Positions 9,946 to 21,240 of a stretch of 64,000 nt of DNA are shown here, in pieces (position 1 is the first letter of the stretch; every line of letters starts with the position of its first letter). Made by a program: the position numbers and the translations under genes. The stretch covers positions 40,238,001 through 40,302,000 of the forward strand of contig NC_086379.1 in NCBI RefSeq assembly GCF_036588685.1, written 5' to 3'. Below the pieces are notes generated by a model. That model saw only the letters and a program-made list of their open reading frames with translations, ran no database searches and was not told the DNA's origin. This DNA is from Mytilus trossulus (lineage: Eukaryota).

Positions 9946-12900
9946 TACGGAGCCCTGCTAGGGACATGCAAAGAAAAGAAAATATATTGTGCGCACAACT
10001 AAAATAAATTGTGCGCACAAAATAATATAGTGTGCGCACACAATAATATAGTGTGCGCACAAAATAATATATTGTGCGCACAATTTAAATATATTGTGCG
10101 CACAACTTAAATATATTGTGCGCACAACTTAAATATATTGTGCGCACAACTTAAATATATCGTGCGCACAAAATAAATATATTGTGCTCACAAATTAAAT
10201 ATATCGTGCGCATGAAATCCTTTGACCTTACACATGGTATGGGTCTTCAATGTCTCCTTTTTAAAGTGACAGAATGAAGAAATGCATAAGGTTTCTTTTG
10301 AAATGGGGCTAGAATACATGGAAATATTCATCACTGCATTTGTATCAACTCCTGACAGGAATACTAAAGAAGTTACGTTTATTTCGTCTGACACTTGGTT
10401 TACCAACCTATGCATTGGAAGCCTCCACTGTATATCAGAGTTTATTGGAACGGTTTGAAACAGACTTGACAAAAGAGCGAGGAAACTATCGAACTTATGT
10501 AGACTTTGATACTATGGTTTTACCTGTTTTCTTGTAACATATATAAGAAAAGTACGTTTTGCACTGATGCATTATACTTTATGTCTAAAAATCTCAATAT
10601 TTTGTTTATGTTGATTGACTCTGAGTCTCAAGACTGACATGTAACTCAATTCACGACTTTGATTTTGTTACCCTGTTTGACGATAGAGATGGTCGTTATA
10701 TGTAGAAGTCTTTACGTCCGTTCATCCGTCCGTCTCTGTTTATTGTAAATGTTTTGGTTAAAGTTTATGATGAAGTTTTAGTGTCACCAACTTCAATGAA
10801 GTATGTGGTTTCTTAAAAGGTATCATTGTAAAAGCGTAGAGTAAGTCAAATCCACTGAAAACTGAATACACGTACACGTTGTTTTGTTGTTTTTGGTTTT
10901 TTTTTTATTTTTTTATCAAAGGTGACTATGTTTGATCATGGTTAAGTACGGTTCTCACCAAAGATGTACTGTTCGTTATTGAAATATGACGGTGTGTTCA
11001 GTCTAAGAAATTCACCATGAAGTTGTGATCAAATAAAGATAAAACTGGGTACATACAAAGCAGAAGAATCAATATGAGTGCCAATGAGACAGCTCTCCAA
11101 CCAAGTCATAATTTATTAAAAGACTTTAAGTTAACAATCATTGGTTATATTACGGTCCCTATCACGGAGCGTTGGCTCACACCAAACAGCAAACTATACG
11201 GCTCAAAATGACTATAACAAAACGATAAACAGATATGAACCATACAAATAAACGACAATCACTGAATAACAAGCTCCCGACATAGAGCAGTATGCCTATT
11301 ATGATTTAAATTAAATAAAGCCTTGTATACAAATGTTTCAGGTCAAGTTATAGTTTCATTCTGATTAATAGAAGAGGACAAGAGGTCACTTATAGTATCT
11401 ATTTTTGATCGATTTCATTATAAAATTTTACGGTATGTTGTTCGTACTCATTATGAAATTGAAATGTTACGATACCATTTAGGAATAGTCAAAGAAATTC
11501 CTCAGTGAAATATTTTGAAAACAATCGAAACAATTATGATTCATTTTTCCAAATATGGTCCGTTTTGGAGTATCATTTATTCAAAACCTTTAGGCCCGAT
11601 TGATCGCGATCAATCGAAAGAGACAACTACAGTATATACATATACACCATAGCTCATACAAATACGGGTTATATTCTTCTCACATATTTTTATGATGGTA
11701 TGATACTAAACACCTAACGGGAAGGATTGTGCTTGATATTCATATGATTAAAACATAATCTTTCAATCAGTTTAATTGAGGTGTGGAGCTGGCATATCAG
11801 TAACTGCTAGTAATCCTTGTTTTTTAATGTATCATTGTCATTTTGTTAAGTTTCATTTGATACCTATTCTGACAACGGACACGGGCTTCTTTACTGTCAG
11901 TATTGCTGTGTTTGTGGTTTTTTTTTAATCTGCATTCAATTTGGCTAGAGGTATAAAAGGAGGGTTGAGATCTCACAAAACATGTTTAACTCCGCCGCAT
12001 TTTTGTGCCTGCCCAAGGTCAGGAGCTTCTGGCCTTTGTTGGTCTTGTAGGATTTTTAATTTTAGTTTCTTGTATATACTTTGGATAAAAAAGGAAGAGG
12101 TGGTATGAGTGAAAATGAGACAACTCTCCATCTATAAGTCACAATTTATAAAAGTAAACCATTATAGGTCACGGTACGGTCTTCAACACATAGCTTAGGC
12201 TCACACCGAACAGAAAGCTATAAAGGGTCTCCAAAATTACTAGTGTAAAACCTTTCAAACGGGAAAACCAACGGTCTAATTTATATAAAAAACGAGAAAC
12301 GAAAAACAACTGTTAAGTTGTATGACGTCCATTATCACTGAACTAGTCCATATGTTTGTTTATAGGCCAGCTGAAGCACGCATTTGGGTGCGGGATTTTT
12401 TCTTGCTGTATTGAAGAACCAAATGTATCTGAGAAACACCACTTATATGATTTGAGAGCCTTATAATTATTTTGTACATTAAATAAAGTTTAACTATACC
12501 TTTATCATCGTATCTGAAAAACAGACCAATTCTGAGATATTTAACAGTAACAAATAAACCATGAAAGCAAAGTCAAGGTCAGATGATACCGACTAGCCAA
12601 ATATATATACATAACAATCATTCCATAAAAAAATATTGTTAATTTATTCTTTATAGTATCTGAAAAAAATACCAAACAAGAATCAAATAACATGGACCAA
12701 TGAACCATGACTATAAAATCAAGGTCAGGTTAATATAATTGCAAGATAGACAATTTCACCATACAAACATTCTATACCCCAAATATATATCTAACTAAAT
12801 ACTTATAGTATCCGAGAAATACACCAAAACACAAACATTTCACTTTGCTGGACCACTTAACCCTAAAAATGGAGTATGCCAAAGTCAGATGACACCTGTG

Positions 12901-13335
12901 AAGTGAACATTTAGCCATTAAAATCGTTCAATACAACCAAATATAGAAGAACTATTGAATTTGGTATCTGAGATTTTGTCTAAACCACGAACACTTTACA
13001 TGTAAAATGAGGTCATGGTCAAGTGAAAACTGTTTTCCGAATTTTGGGAGCACACCATATTATTTGAGTGCGCACAGTATATTTAAGTTATGCGCACAAT
13101 ATGTGTAAGTTATGCGCACACTATATTCAAGTTGTGCGCACACTATATTTAAGTTGTGCGCACACTATATTTAAGTTGTGCCCACAATATATTATGTTGT
13201 GCGCACAATATATTTAAGTTGTGCGCACAATATATTATTTTGTGCGCACAATATATTTAAGTTGTGCGCACAATATATTATTTTGTGCGCACAATATATT
13301 TTTTTTTCTTTGTATGTCCCTAGCGGGGCTCCGTA
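9946..13335 (-). mobile_element. Non-autonomous IS3EU-like DNA transposon, copy 2 (3390 bp), inverted relative to copy 1
   Basis: Near-exact reverse complement of 6368-9779. Mirrored ORFs are identical (9231-9515 vs 10188-10472). It differs by one 22-bp array unit and a few substitutions. Confidence 0.85.
10270..10520 (+). pseudogene. Decayed N-terminus of an IS3EU-type transposase (mirror copy at about 9183-9433, minus strand)
   Basis: Fragments across frames (SFEMGLEYMEI, HHCICI, GILKKLRLFR, ISEFI, SEETIELM*TL) follow the order I recall for the HTH region of these transposases (YFxxGxxYxEI...HxIxIS.RTLKRILxxLxLFRR...V.xFI...ETVR.L..LDP). It lies just inside the TIR array. Recognition is by eye. 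Confidence 0.45.
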
Positions 13336-13651
13336 GAAAATATTTAGGTTATTAACACAAAAATTAATAACACGCATTATAGAAAATTCAATATATTATG
13401 GGCAAAAAAATAATACAACACCTTAAATTGCACTTTTAATGTAACGTATGTGCTACAGATTGCCACGGAGTAAGTCTTCTTTCGATTTTGCCACAGTGTA
13501 CTATTAGTATCATTTTTATCTCGAATCGTGGTCACATACACATTGAATGTATAACTCAGATATATTTTGAAAGTCCCATCACATGATGATGTCTGTGAAA
13601 CACAAAACGATGACTCTATCTTTACTGGTTCAATAACGTTATTGTAAGCAG

Positions 13652-14035
13652 ATAAAAGAGGGACGAAAGATACCAGAGGGAGAGTCAAACTCAAAGATCG
13701 AAATCAAACTGACAACACCATAGCTAGAAATAAAAAGACAAACAGACAAATAATAATACAGAAGACACAACATAAAAAACTAATAAAAAGACTAAGCAAC
13801 ATGAACCCAACAAAAAACTGGAGGTGATCTCAGGTGCTCAGGACGGGTAAGCAGATCCTGCTCCACATGTGGCACCCGTCGTGTTGCGTATGTTATTACT
13901 AATCCGGTAAATAGTATAATTTGGTAGGTCACATTCGTGAAAAGGAAGGGTATTAAAGTTACGACATAAGGAACATATCCGATATCATCTGTGAAACGGT
14001 TATTCCATAACGGTCAACAAACTCGTGATGGCGTG
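13652..14035 (+). repeat. Dispersed repeat family C ('AAGAGGGACGAAAGATACCAGAGGGACAGTC')
   Basis: Reverse-complement fragments at 32205-32277, 40358-40533 and 47020-47215. Confidence 0.7.
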
Positions 14036-14399
14036 ATAACATGTATCAAGAAATTTTTTATATGATGCCCAAGTCAATTAAAAGCAGTCCACATGTTGGA
14101 TAAAATTAACGGTACCAATTGTCTTGCACCAGATGCGCATTTCGACAATACATGTCTCTTCAGTGATGCTCGTGGCCAAAATATTTGAAACCCAAAGCTT
14201 AGATAAAAGATGAAGAGCTATAATCCAAAAGGTCCAAAAAGTATAACCAAATCCGTGAATTGACTCTAAGTTAATTTTTATCATTTGTTCAAGGCGACTG
14301 CTTGGTTGATGTTACACCACATCCCTTGTTGTTAACAAAAAAGTGCTTGTATTGAACATTCCTGATTAGACTTTAAAATTATGCATCCAACACAACCAA

Positions 14400-14716
14400 A
14401 TAATTTAATTTTGGATGTAACGCGTCTCCTGATTGGCTGACGTTATTTTGTTATGAGCCCATAGACATAATTTAGTCATGTGACCGTTATTACGTCATCA
14501 ACGTTTTTTCATGGTTTTCAACGGTTTAAAATGGAATTTAGAATTAAATTATAAGAAATGACTAATATTTTTTTCTGTCTATTCGAGATAACATAAATAA
14601 ATGTGGTGCACACTGTTAAATAACCCGCTACGCGCGTTATTCAGTGTGTACCTCATTTTTTATGTTATTTCTTCATAGACAGAAAAAATATTACTGTTAC
14701 AGTCATTCCTTAAATA
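14400..14716. mobile_element. Short non-autonomous DNA-transposon-like repeat (tentatively Crypton-type)
   Basis: Contains CTGATTGGCTGAC...AATAACCCGCTACGCGCGTTATT (internal hairpin)...CATTCCTTAAATA. A similar layout is at about 35905-36265. The superfamily call is tentative. Confidence 0.4.
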
Positions 14717-16986
14717 GACGCTCTCGTCAAGGTTATTACTCAATGACGTTGATGGGAGAGAAAGAGAGAGGTTGTTGGGCCCATTGGTTATTTTTGCACC
14801 TTAAGCAACTGAGATTACCCAAAGAAATGTCCTAGCAAAAAGCACAGTTCTTAACAGTGTAAGGTTGACAAGTACTCATACGGCTCCGAGTTAAAAAAAA
14901 CAACCATAAAGTTAATAGTTTGGACACAAGGCTAAACAAGAACTCGAACCTTTACATCAATAATATATTGTAAACAAAGTAGATTTATATTGATTAATAT
15001 GAAGTTTGTTCGGTTTTATAGTGCAATTGCCCTTCAATTAACCATTAATTATAAAACATTTAGATTTTTTATTACAATAACCTTTTGTTTTATTGACAAT
15101 CTTAATATAAATAAGTCGCCATGTTCCTGAAAAAAGAAACAACATTTTTAATAAAAAGAAGGAAACGGATGTTGTTTTACTTCATTATGGTATGGCGTTA
15201 TTGCAAATTAATGGGTAGAACAGTAATAAATATAAAACGATTTATGATCATAGGAAAATAAACAAATCTGCCCATAGTTTTACTACATGTATGTTCTACT
15301 GTATAAACAAATAATTACAAAAAAAACTTTCAAAACAGCAAATAATTTAAAATAAATGAGAGAAAAAAATGAAGGCATTATGGCGTTGTCATTATTTTCG
15401 ACTTTTGAATGTTCATTTGGTATCTCTCTACTCTCACTTTTAACTGTAACTAAAGACTCAGCAAAGATAACGTTAATCATTTACAATAATTTGTATGAAA
15501 TGAAAATTCAGAGGTTAGAAATGTATTCACCCGGTGAATAAATGTTCTCGGTGCAAGTCGGCTCTTTAACCAGACAATACGTACATTAATATTAAGGTTG
15601 ACATGTCATACATAAAAATGCTTTCTGTATTGGTCAAATGTCGACAATAAAAAATCCATCAAATAGAATGTAAACGTCAATCAATCATACTAGGAGAATC
15701 AAAGAATCACACAACTACGAGTTTTTTTTTAATTGTAGGCAAAACAAAATGGACAAAATTGAGTCAGTTGGTCTAACAACCATTTTTAAAATAATAAATA
15801 TTGTAAGTGTTTACAGATATTATGAATTACCGCTATTTTATGCATTTTTCCTTTGATCTTTTTTGTGATAATTTTTCATATCATGCTACTCATTTGAGAT
15901 GGAAAATTATCGCTAGAAACTAAGGAGGCACGTGGAGTTGCAACGATATTGATTTTCTCGCTTGAACCGATATTCTAGGGGGGGAGGAGGATTTGTTTTT
16001 GATCGGTTATTTATTTTTGTAAACTGAGAGGACATATTATTAATTTTCTGCACTATTGAGGCAAGATTTTTCATTTTCATTAAAGCAAGGGACTGATTAT
16101 TCATTTTCACAACTATATTTAATAGTATATAGACTAGTGTTAGTTATGATATTTTTTAAATATTTGTTAATTATTATGAATAATACATGTATAGTCAAGT
16201 CATTATGTACCATTGAATCAGAAAGATAATTTTCCCCTGCAGAAATTTTAAGATTCAAGATTTCATTCATAACCTCAGACACATACTTGTGTACAAGAGG
16301 ATATTAATATAATATATTTTAAGATAATACATAGCGAAACAGGACAAACGAAACACAAATACATAGTAATAAGTATATTATAAAAGACAATTGGTATAAT
16401 TAGATTAAGTATTTTATAATTTTCTTCACGAAATGAATCATTTATATTCCCAAGCAATATACATATTGCATACATACATAATAGTATTAAAGTCAATTTA
16501 GTTTGGTTTTACCTGGCTTCTTTCAAAAGTATTGTCAAACATTTTTTTGCCGCGCTAAGCGAGGCAAAATTATTTTTGAAGGGTTTTGAAGGCCCAAGAA
16601 GCTATAGACCTGCTGAGTTATAATTAATTTTCAATACATTGCAAGTCAGGTTATTTATTTTCAAACTACCACAGAACAAACCATTTATTTTTGTGATTAT
16701 CAAGGCTGAGTTATTATTTTCAAAATCATCCTGCCCCCCCCCCCTCCTTCCCCCCGAATATTAAATGGTCGTTCCCTAAACTCAATCTCGTTGAGATGAT
16801 CAACGATAATCTATAAATATATAAAGTATTGTCCTTTGATAACTACTCTTGGATGTAGTTTTGTGTAAAAAAAATGGTTTCACCACGCAACGTGTGTCTG
16901 TAGTTTGCCAGTAATACTTAGTATCGTCAGAAGTTATCATAATATGTTCTTCGTTATTCGAAGAAGGGATGTTAATATGATGTTAA

Positions 16987-17582
16987 GGTGGTATGGGTGT
17001 CTTCCTCCATCTTGGATTGTAAAAACAGAGAACCAGAGGTCACGATTTTCTATCAAGTTTGCAAAATTTGATGCAGGCATGCAGATAATTAATATGAATT
17101 TTCATTTAAAAGAATCAATCTATAAAAATTTAACCTAAAATTTTTAATATTTTTGCAAATTATGATTATTTTTGGTTGTTCTAAACAAAATATTAAAATT
17201 GGCATTTTAAGGGGAGATAACTCTAAAACAGTGCAATTTCTGAAGGATTTTACATGGAATTTTCCTATTTTGTATTTTATCTGGAAAAAACGTACGGTGA
17301 CCTGTTCTTTTCTTTTGATATTCTCATAGCATTGTCTGAAAGCTAACTTTTTCTTAAGAATTTAACAATTCTATCATTTTGTTTAGGTTATAATCACAAA
17401 ATTGTGTTTTTTCCTGTATAATCCATACAAAATGTGTTATTTTTTCATGTCCTGTAGCTTGAGAAAATGCACGGTGACCTATCATTTTTATTATATTTTT
17501 CAACATATATCAATTATAGATACTACGGTTTGGCAAAGTATGAACAAATTCTATCATTTTCATTTTAGACTCCCATACCACC
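16987..17582. mobile_element. 596-bp Kolobok-like MITE
   Basis: 16-bp TIRs GGTGGTATGGG(T/A)GTCT and TTAA on both flanks (16983-16986, 17583-17586). Confidence 0.85.
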
Positions 17583-19575
17583 TTAATGGCAGATTATCAC
17601 AATGGTTTTTCAAATTTCCCTGAATTGTTCTTCTATTAGCTGACAGTTTCATGTAGGGGTACCTTTGCTGTAGTGAAAATCCGTCTTCAAAAATATTCAA
17701 AGCTCAAATAATTCACCGCTATAGTCTTACTGTAATCTTGTCCAACATCAGCGACAAAAATCATAGAAAATGGTCTTTTATTTATTTGGTATAAAAATAC
17801 TTTTCTGATTTATAACTTGTACATGTATTTTTCAATTAGTACTAATAATACTCAGTTCAATGATTTCATCAATGAGTATTTGTTGACTGTATTAGTTGTC
17901 ACGACTGAATTCACATTCTAAATCCGAGTGGATATTGGACTATAAACAGTAATTTACTTTTCCGCATCACTTATATTAATATTAATACAAAATACTTAGG
18001 AGGAATTAAAACTAATGAAAATAGGTATAAATGAGTATTTTTAGCAGCGGGAATTAAGTCCGGAAACCCTGGATTAACTGGTCACTAAACTTTCCGTTTT
18101 TAATGAAAACATTTTACTAGTAGTGGGAGTAGATTTATTCGGTCGGTTGGATGTCACGTGTTTACTTATTGCATGACCTTTAAAGTAAACCGTCATCCTT
18201 GTAATCTGACTTTCATACATCGAAAAAAAACCAAACGAAGCTTCTTTCATGAATGTGACTTCGACTGTACACTACACATCGTATGTGTTCCAGTGATATA
18301 TAGAAGGGTTAGTTTTTCGATTAACAACATGGATCATGATGATATAGAGCATCAAGAATATGACAAGGTATTGGGGAAAAATCTGCAATTAGTCGTGATG
18401 CTTCCCATAAAAAGACATAAATGTACTAACCGCAAACCAAACGTCAAGGTGAAAACACGGAACAACGTCCTCCGATGAGATCACGAAACAGAAATAAAAT
18501 TCAAGAAACTGGAAGTTAAAACGCCTACAGCCCTAGCGTTTTCGAAAATATGCACAAAATGCTACATATCTAAATGTAGATTGTTTTATAGACGAACAGA
18601 GGTGTATTAAGATTTTCAACCTGCATGCTGGAAAGTCTTAAAGGCATAGCCATTTTCAACTTCTTCCAGAGATTCGTGTTTAAAAATCGAATCTGGTCAT
18701 GACAATTGTCCACGATCGACACAGGCAAAAATCGAAAAAAAGAAAGTCACCAAAGGATAATCAAAAACCAGAAGGCAGGATTTGCTAAAATTTCTCATAT
18801 GCACATAAGGTATTTGCATTAGCTCGGAGAAGTACAATGTAATAGAATTTTATGCAAATGTCCTACAAGTGAGAGGTTTAACTAGCTAGCTAACAGGTTA
18901 CATGCAGTATTTTCTAGGTGTGTAAAGACCCGAAAAAAATTATGAATACGATTGAAGTTTCTAATTCGTGTGATTTGTTTGAGCTTTTGAATTTGCCTTT
19001 GATAAAAGACATTCCGTTTTGTTTTTTTCTTGGAGCTTGGTATTTTTGGTGCTTTAAATTTACAAGGTTCAACCTACTTTTTTTCCGAATAAGATGAATT
19101 TACTGAGTCAAACAACATATCACAGTTGTTTAGCCGTTCGTTTTGTTGGTTTATAAGGTGTGACTTTGTCAGTTTTTTTCAACTTTTTTTATTTATCTTT
19201 GTGTTTGGTTGTTTGTTATAATTTTTTACACCAAAACTATTAACCCCTGAGTAGACTCAAAAATACACCAAGAATAGCAATACAAGTGAAAGTCTGTAAC
19301 GAGATAGGCACAGAAGACGGCACATGCAACATGGTCGGAAAAGACTTATCAAAGGCGCTATCAAACTTATCAAACACAAAGAGAAGATATAGAAACCGAA
19401 AACAGTATTCTAGATTACGAGGACATCAATGGTTGGGCGATTTTTATGACAATTCTAATGATCCTCATTAGGGAGAGCTATACTTCGTCAGCTGTTAACA
19501 TATTCTAGTTTGATCTGATTTAATAGGAAAAAAAGGGATACAAGATCAGTACATACACTTACAAAATGTATTTAT

Positions 19576-20160
19576 CAGGGCCAAGCGTAATAGTTCTGGT
19601 GGAATAACCACCCCCTTTGAACGACATACTGTATGTTTTGTTCCAAACATTCATTCCCGCCGATTTGTATTCTTCTAAATACAACGTACATATGTTGCAC
19701 GACGAAAGTACTACTGTCATACGACAGACAATCAATGTTGTGCAAGCATCGTACGAAATTGAGAAATCGTGAGACAATCTTGCGACTGTATCAGGATTCA
19801 GGAGTGTCTTGTCATAAATTGTCATAAAAATCGCCCAACCATTGATGTCCTCGTAATCTAGAATACTGGTTTCGGTTGCTATATCTTCTCTTTGAGTTGC
19901 GACAGTCATACGATTTTTTTTTTATTTAAATGGTTTATTTTGGTACCCACGATAATTTGTTTGCGCACGACAGTCCCACGAGTGTGTAAGACACTCTCAC
20001 GACAGCCACAAGAAAGTGAAACGAAAAAATATCTAAGAGCAAAAAAGATGCATGTTCATTTTTCGTCCAACGACACACGACAGCGCCACGATGCACAAAA
20101 AATCGTGCGACTGTCATACGACAAAATTTCATGTCGTGGAGCTGCATAGATGTGTCGTGG
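19576..20160 (-). mobile_element. Diverged inverted partial copy of the adjacent Harbinger element
   Basis: 19576-20100 aligns by eye with the reverse complement of about 20203-20660 and shares the CGACAGTC/GTCGTACGAC subterminal motifs. Confidence 0.7.
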
Positions 20161-20181
20161 ATTCTTTGTTACCAGGGTTTT

Positions 20182-21240
20182 AGCCCAGGTCATACACTGG
20201 CATTTTGAGCATCGTGGCGCTGTCGTGTGTCGCGGGACGAAAATTGTACATGCACCTTTTTTTGCTCTACGATATTTTGCCGTGTCACTGTCTGGTGGCT
20301 GTCGTGATAGTGTCTTACCCCAGTCGTGCGATAAACACATTGTCGCTTACTAAAATAAACCATTTTAAACCATAAAATCGTATGACTGTTGCTCGACTGT
20401 CGTACGACAATCCTACGACTGTCGCAAGACACTCGTGATACAGTCGCACAATTGTCTCACAAATACCAACTTTCGTACGATGCTCGCACGACATTGATTG
20501 TCTGACGTAAGACAGTGGTACGTTCGTTGTGCAACATATTTTTGTTTTACATGTTTTTTTTAGAAGAAAACTCGGCGGGAATTAAAATGCTTGGAAAAAC
20601 ATACCGTCTGCCGTTTAAAGAGGATGGCCATTTCACCATAACGATTACGCTTGGCCCTGCTGTATATGCGCCTTTCCTGACTCCAACAAGAGCAAAATAT
20701 GGTCGTTTTAGTGTTGATTTTAGCCCGTGAACAGTATAGGAACCAGCGAAACGCCCGAAGTTGGTGGGTTAGACCATGAATCAATCTGCACCTGATGTTT
20801 AGGCAGTATGGTATACACTGATGTAAGAGTTGGAGCGGGATTCTGCAGATTATTTCGTTGGATTCATACGGATGGAGCCTGGCATGTTTCAAGAACTGTT
20901 GCTGAGAGTCGTCTCTCACATCACTAACCCAATAGATCTGGCCTTCTTTATATCACTAGTAGTACGGAGTCAAACGCGCGAGTGACCAACGACTGCGACT
21001 CCCGCGACTGTAGGGCGACTGTCGTACGACAGTGTCACGACAGTGACTCAATAGCAGGACGCGCATCCCTTGACATGAAAACCTAAGAGCATACCATCGT
21101 GGAATAATCGTGGAATAATCGTGTTGTAGCTGATATGAACACTCGAAATATGTTTTTGACATTTTGCACGACAGTGTCACGACAATTATTTAATAGATCT
21201 TCCACGACAAAAAGTCGTACGATCTGTTGTGACCTGGGCT
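20182..21240 (+). mobile_element. Internally deleted PIF/Harbinger DNA transposon
   Basis: Ends AGCCCAGGTCA...TGACCTGGGCT followed by TAA (left flank reads TTT, so the TSD is imperfect). CpG-rich subterminal repeats and a transposase remnant lie inside. Confidence 0.75.
20624..20925 (+). pseudogene. Harbinger (HARBI1-like) transposase N-terminal remnant
   Basis: Translates with stops and one frameshift as MAISP*RLRL...RNARSWWVRP*INLHLMFRQY/TLM*ELERDSADYFVGFIRMEPGMFQELLLRVVSHIT, which matches the WVRPW...ELxxE...FxRM.PxxFxELLxxV N-terminus of Harbinger transposases. Confidence 0.75.

Noticed and set aside
6368-13335. Palindrome as a pure fold-back sequencing artefact
   Set aside because: The arms stop exactly at transposon termini, differ by a 22-bp unit and some substitutions, and have two distinct 6-bp TSD pairs. 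Only the spacer orientation remains open to an artefact explanation.
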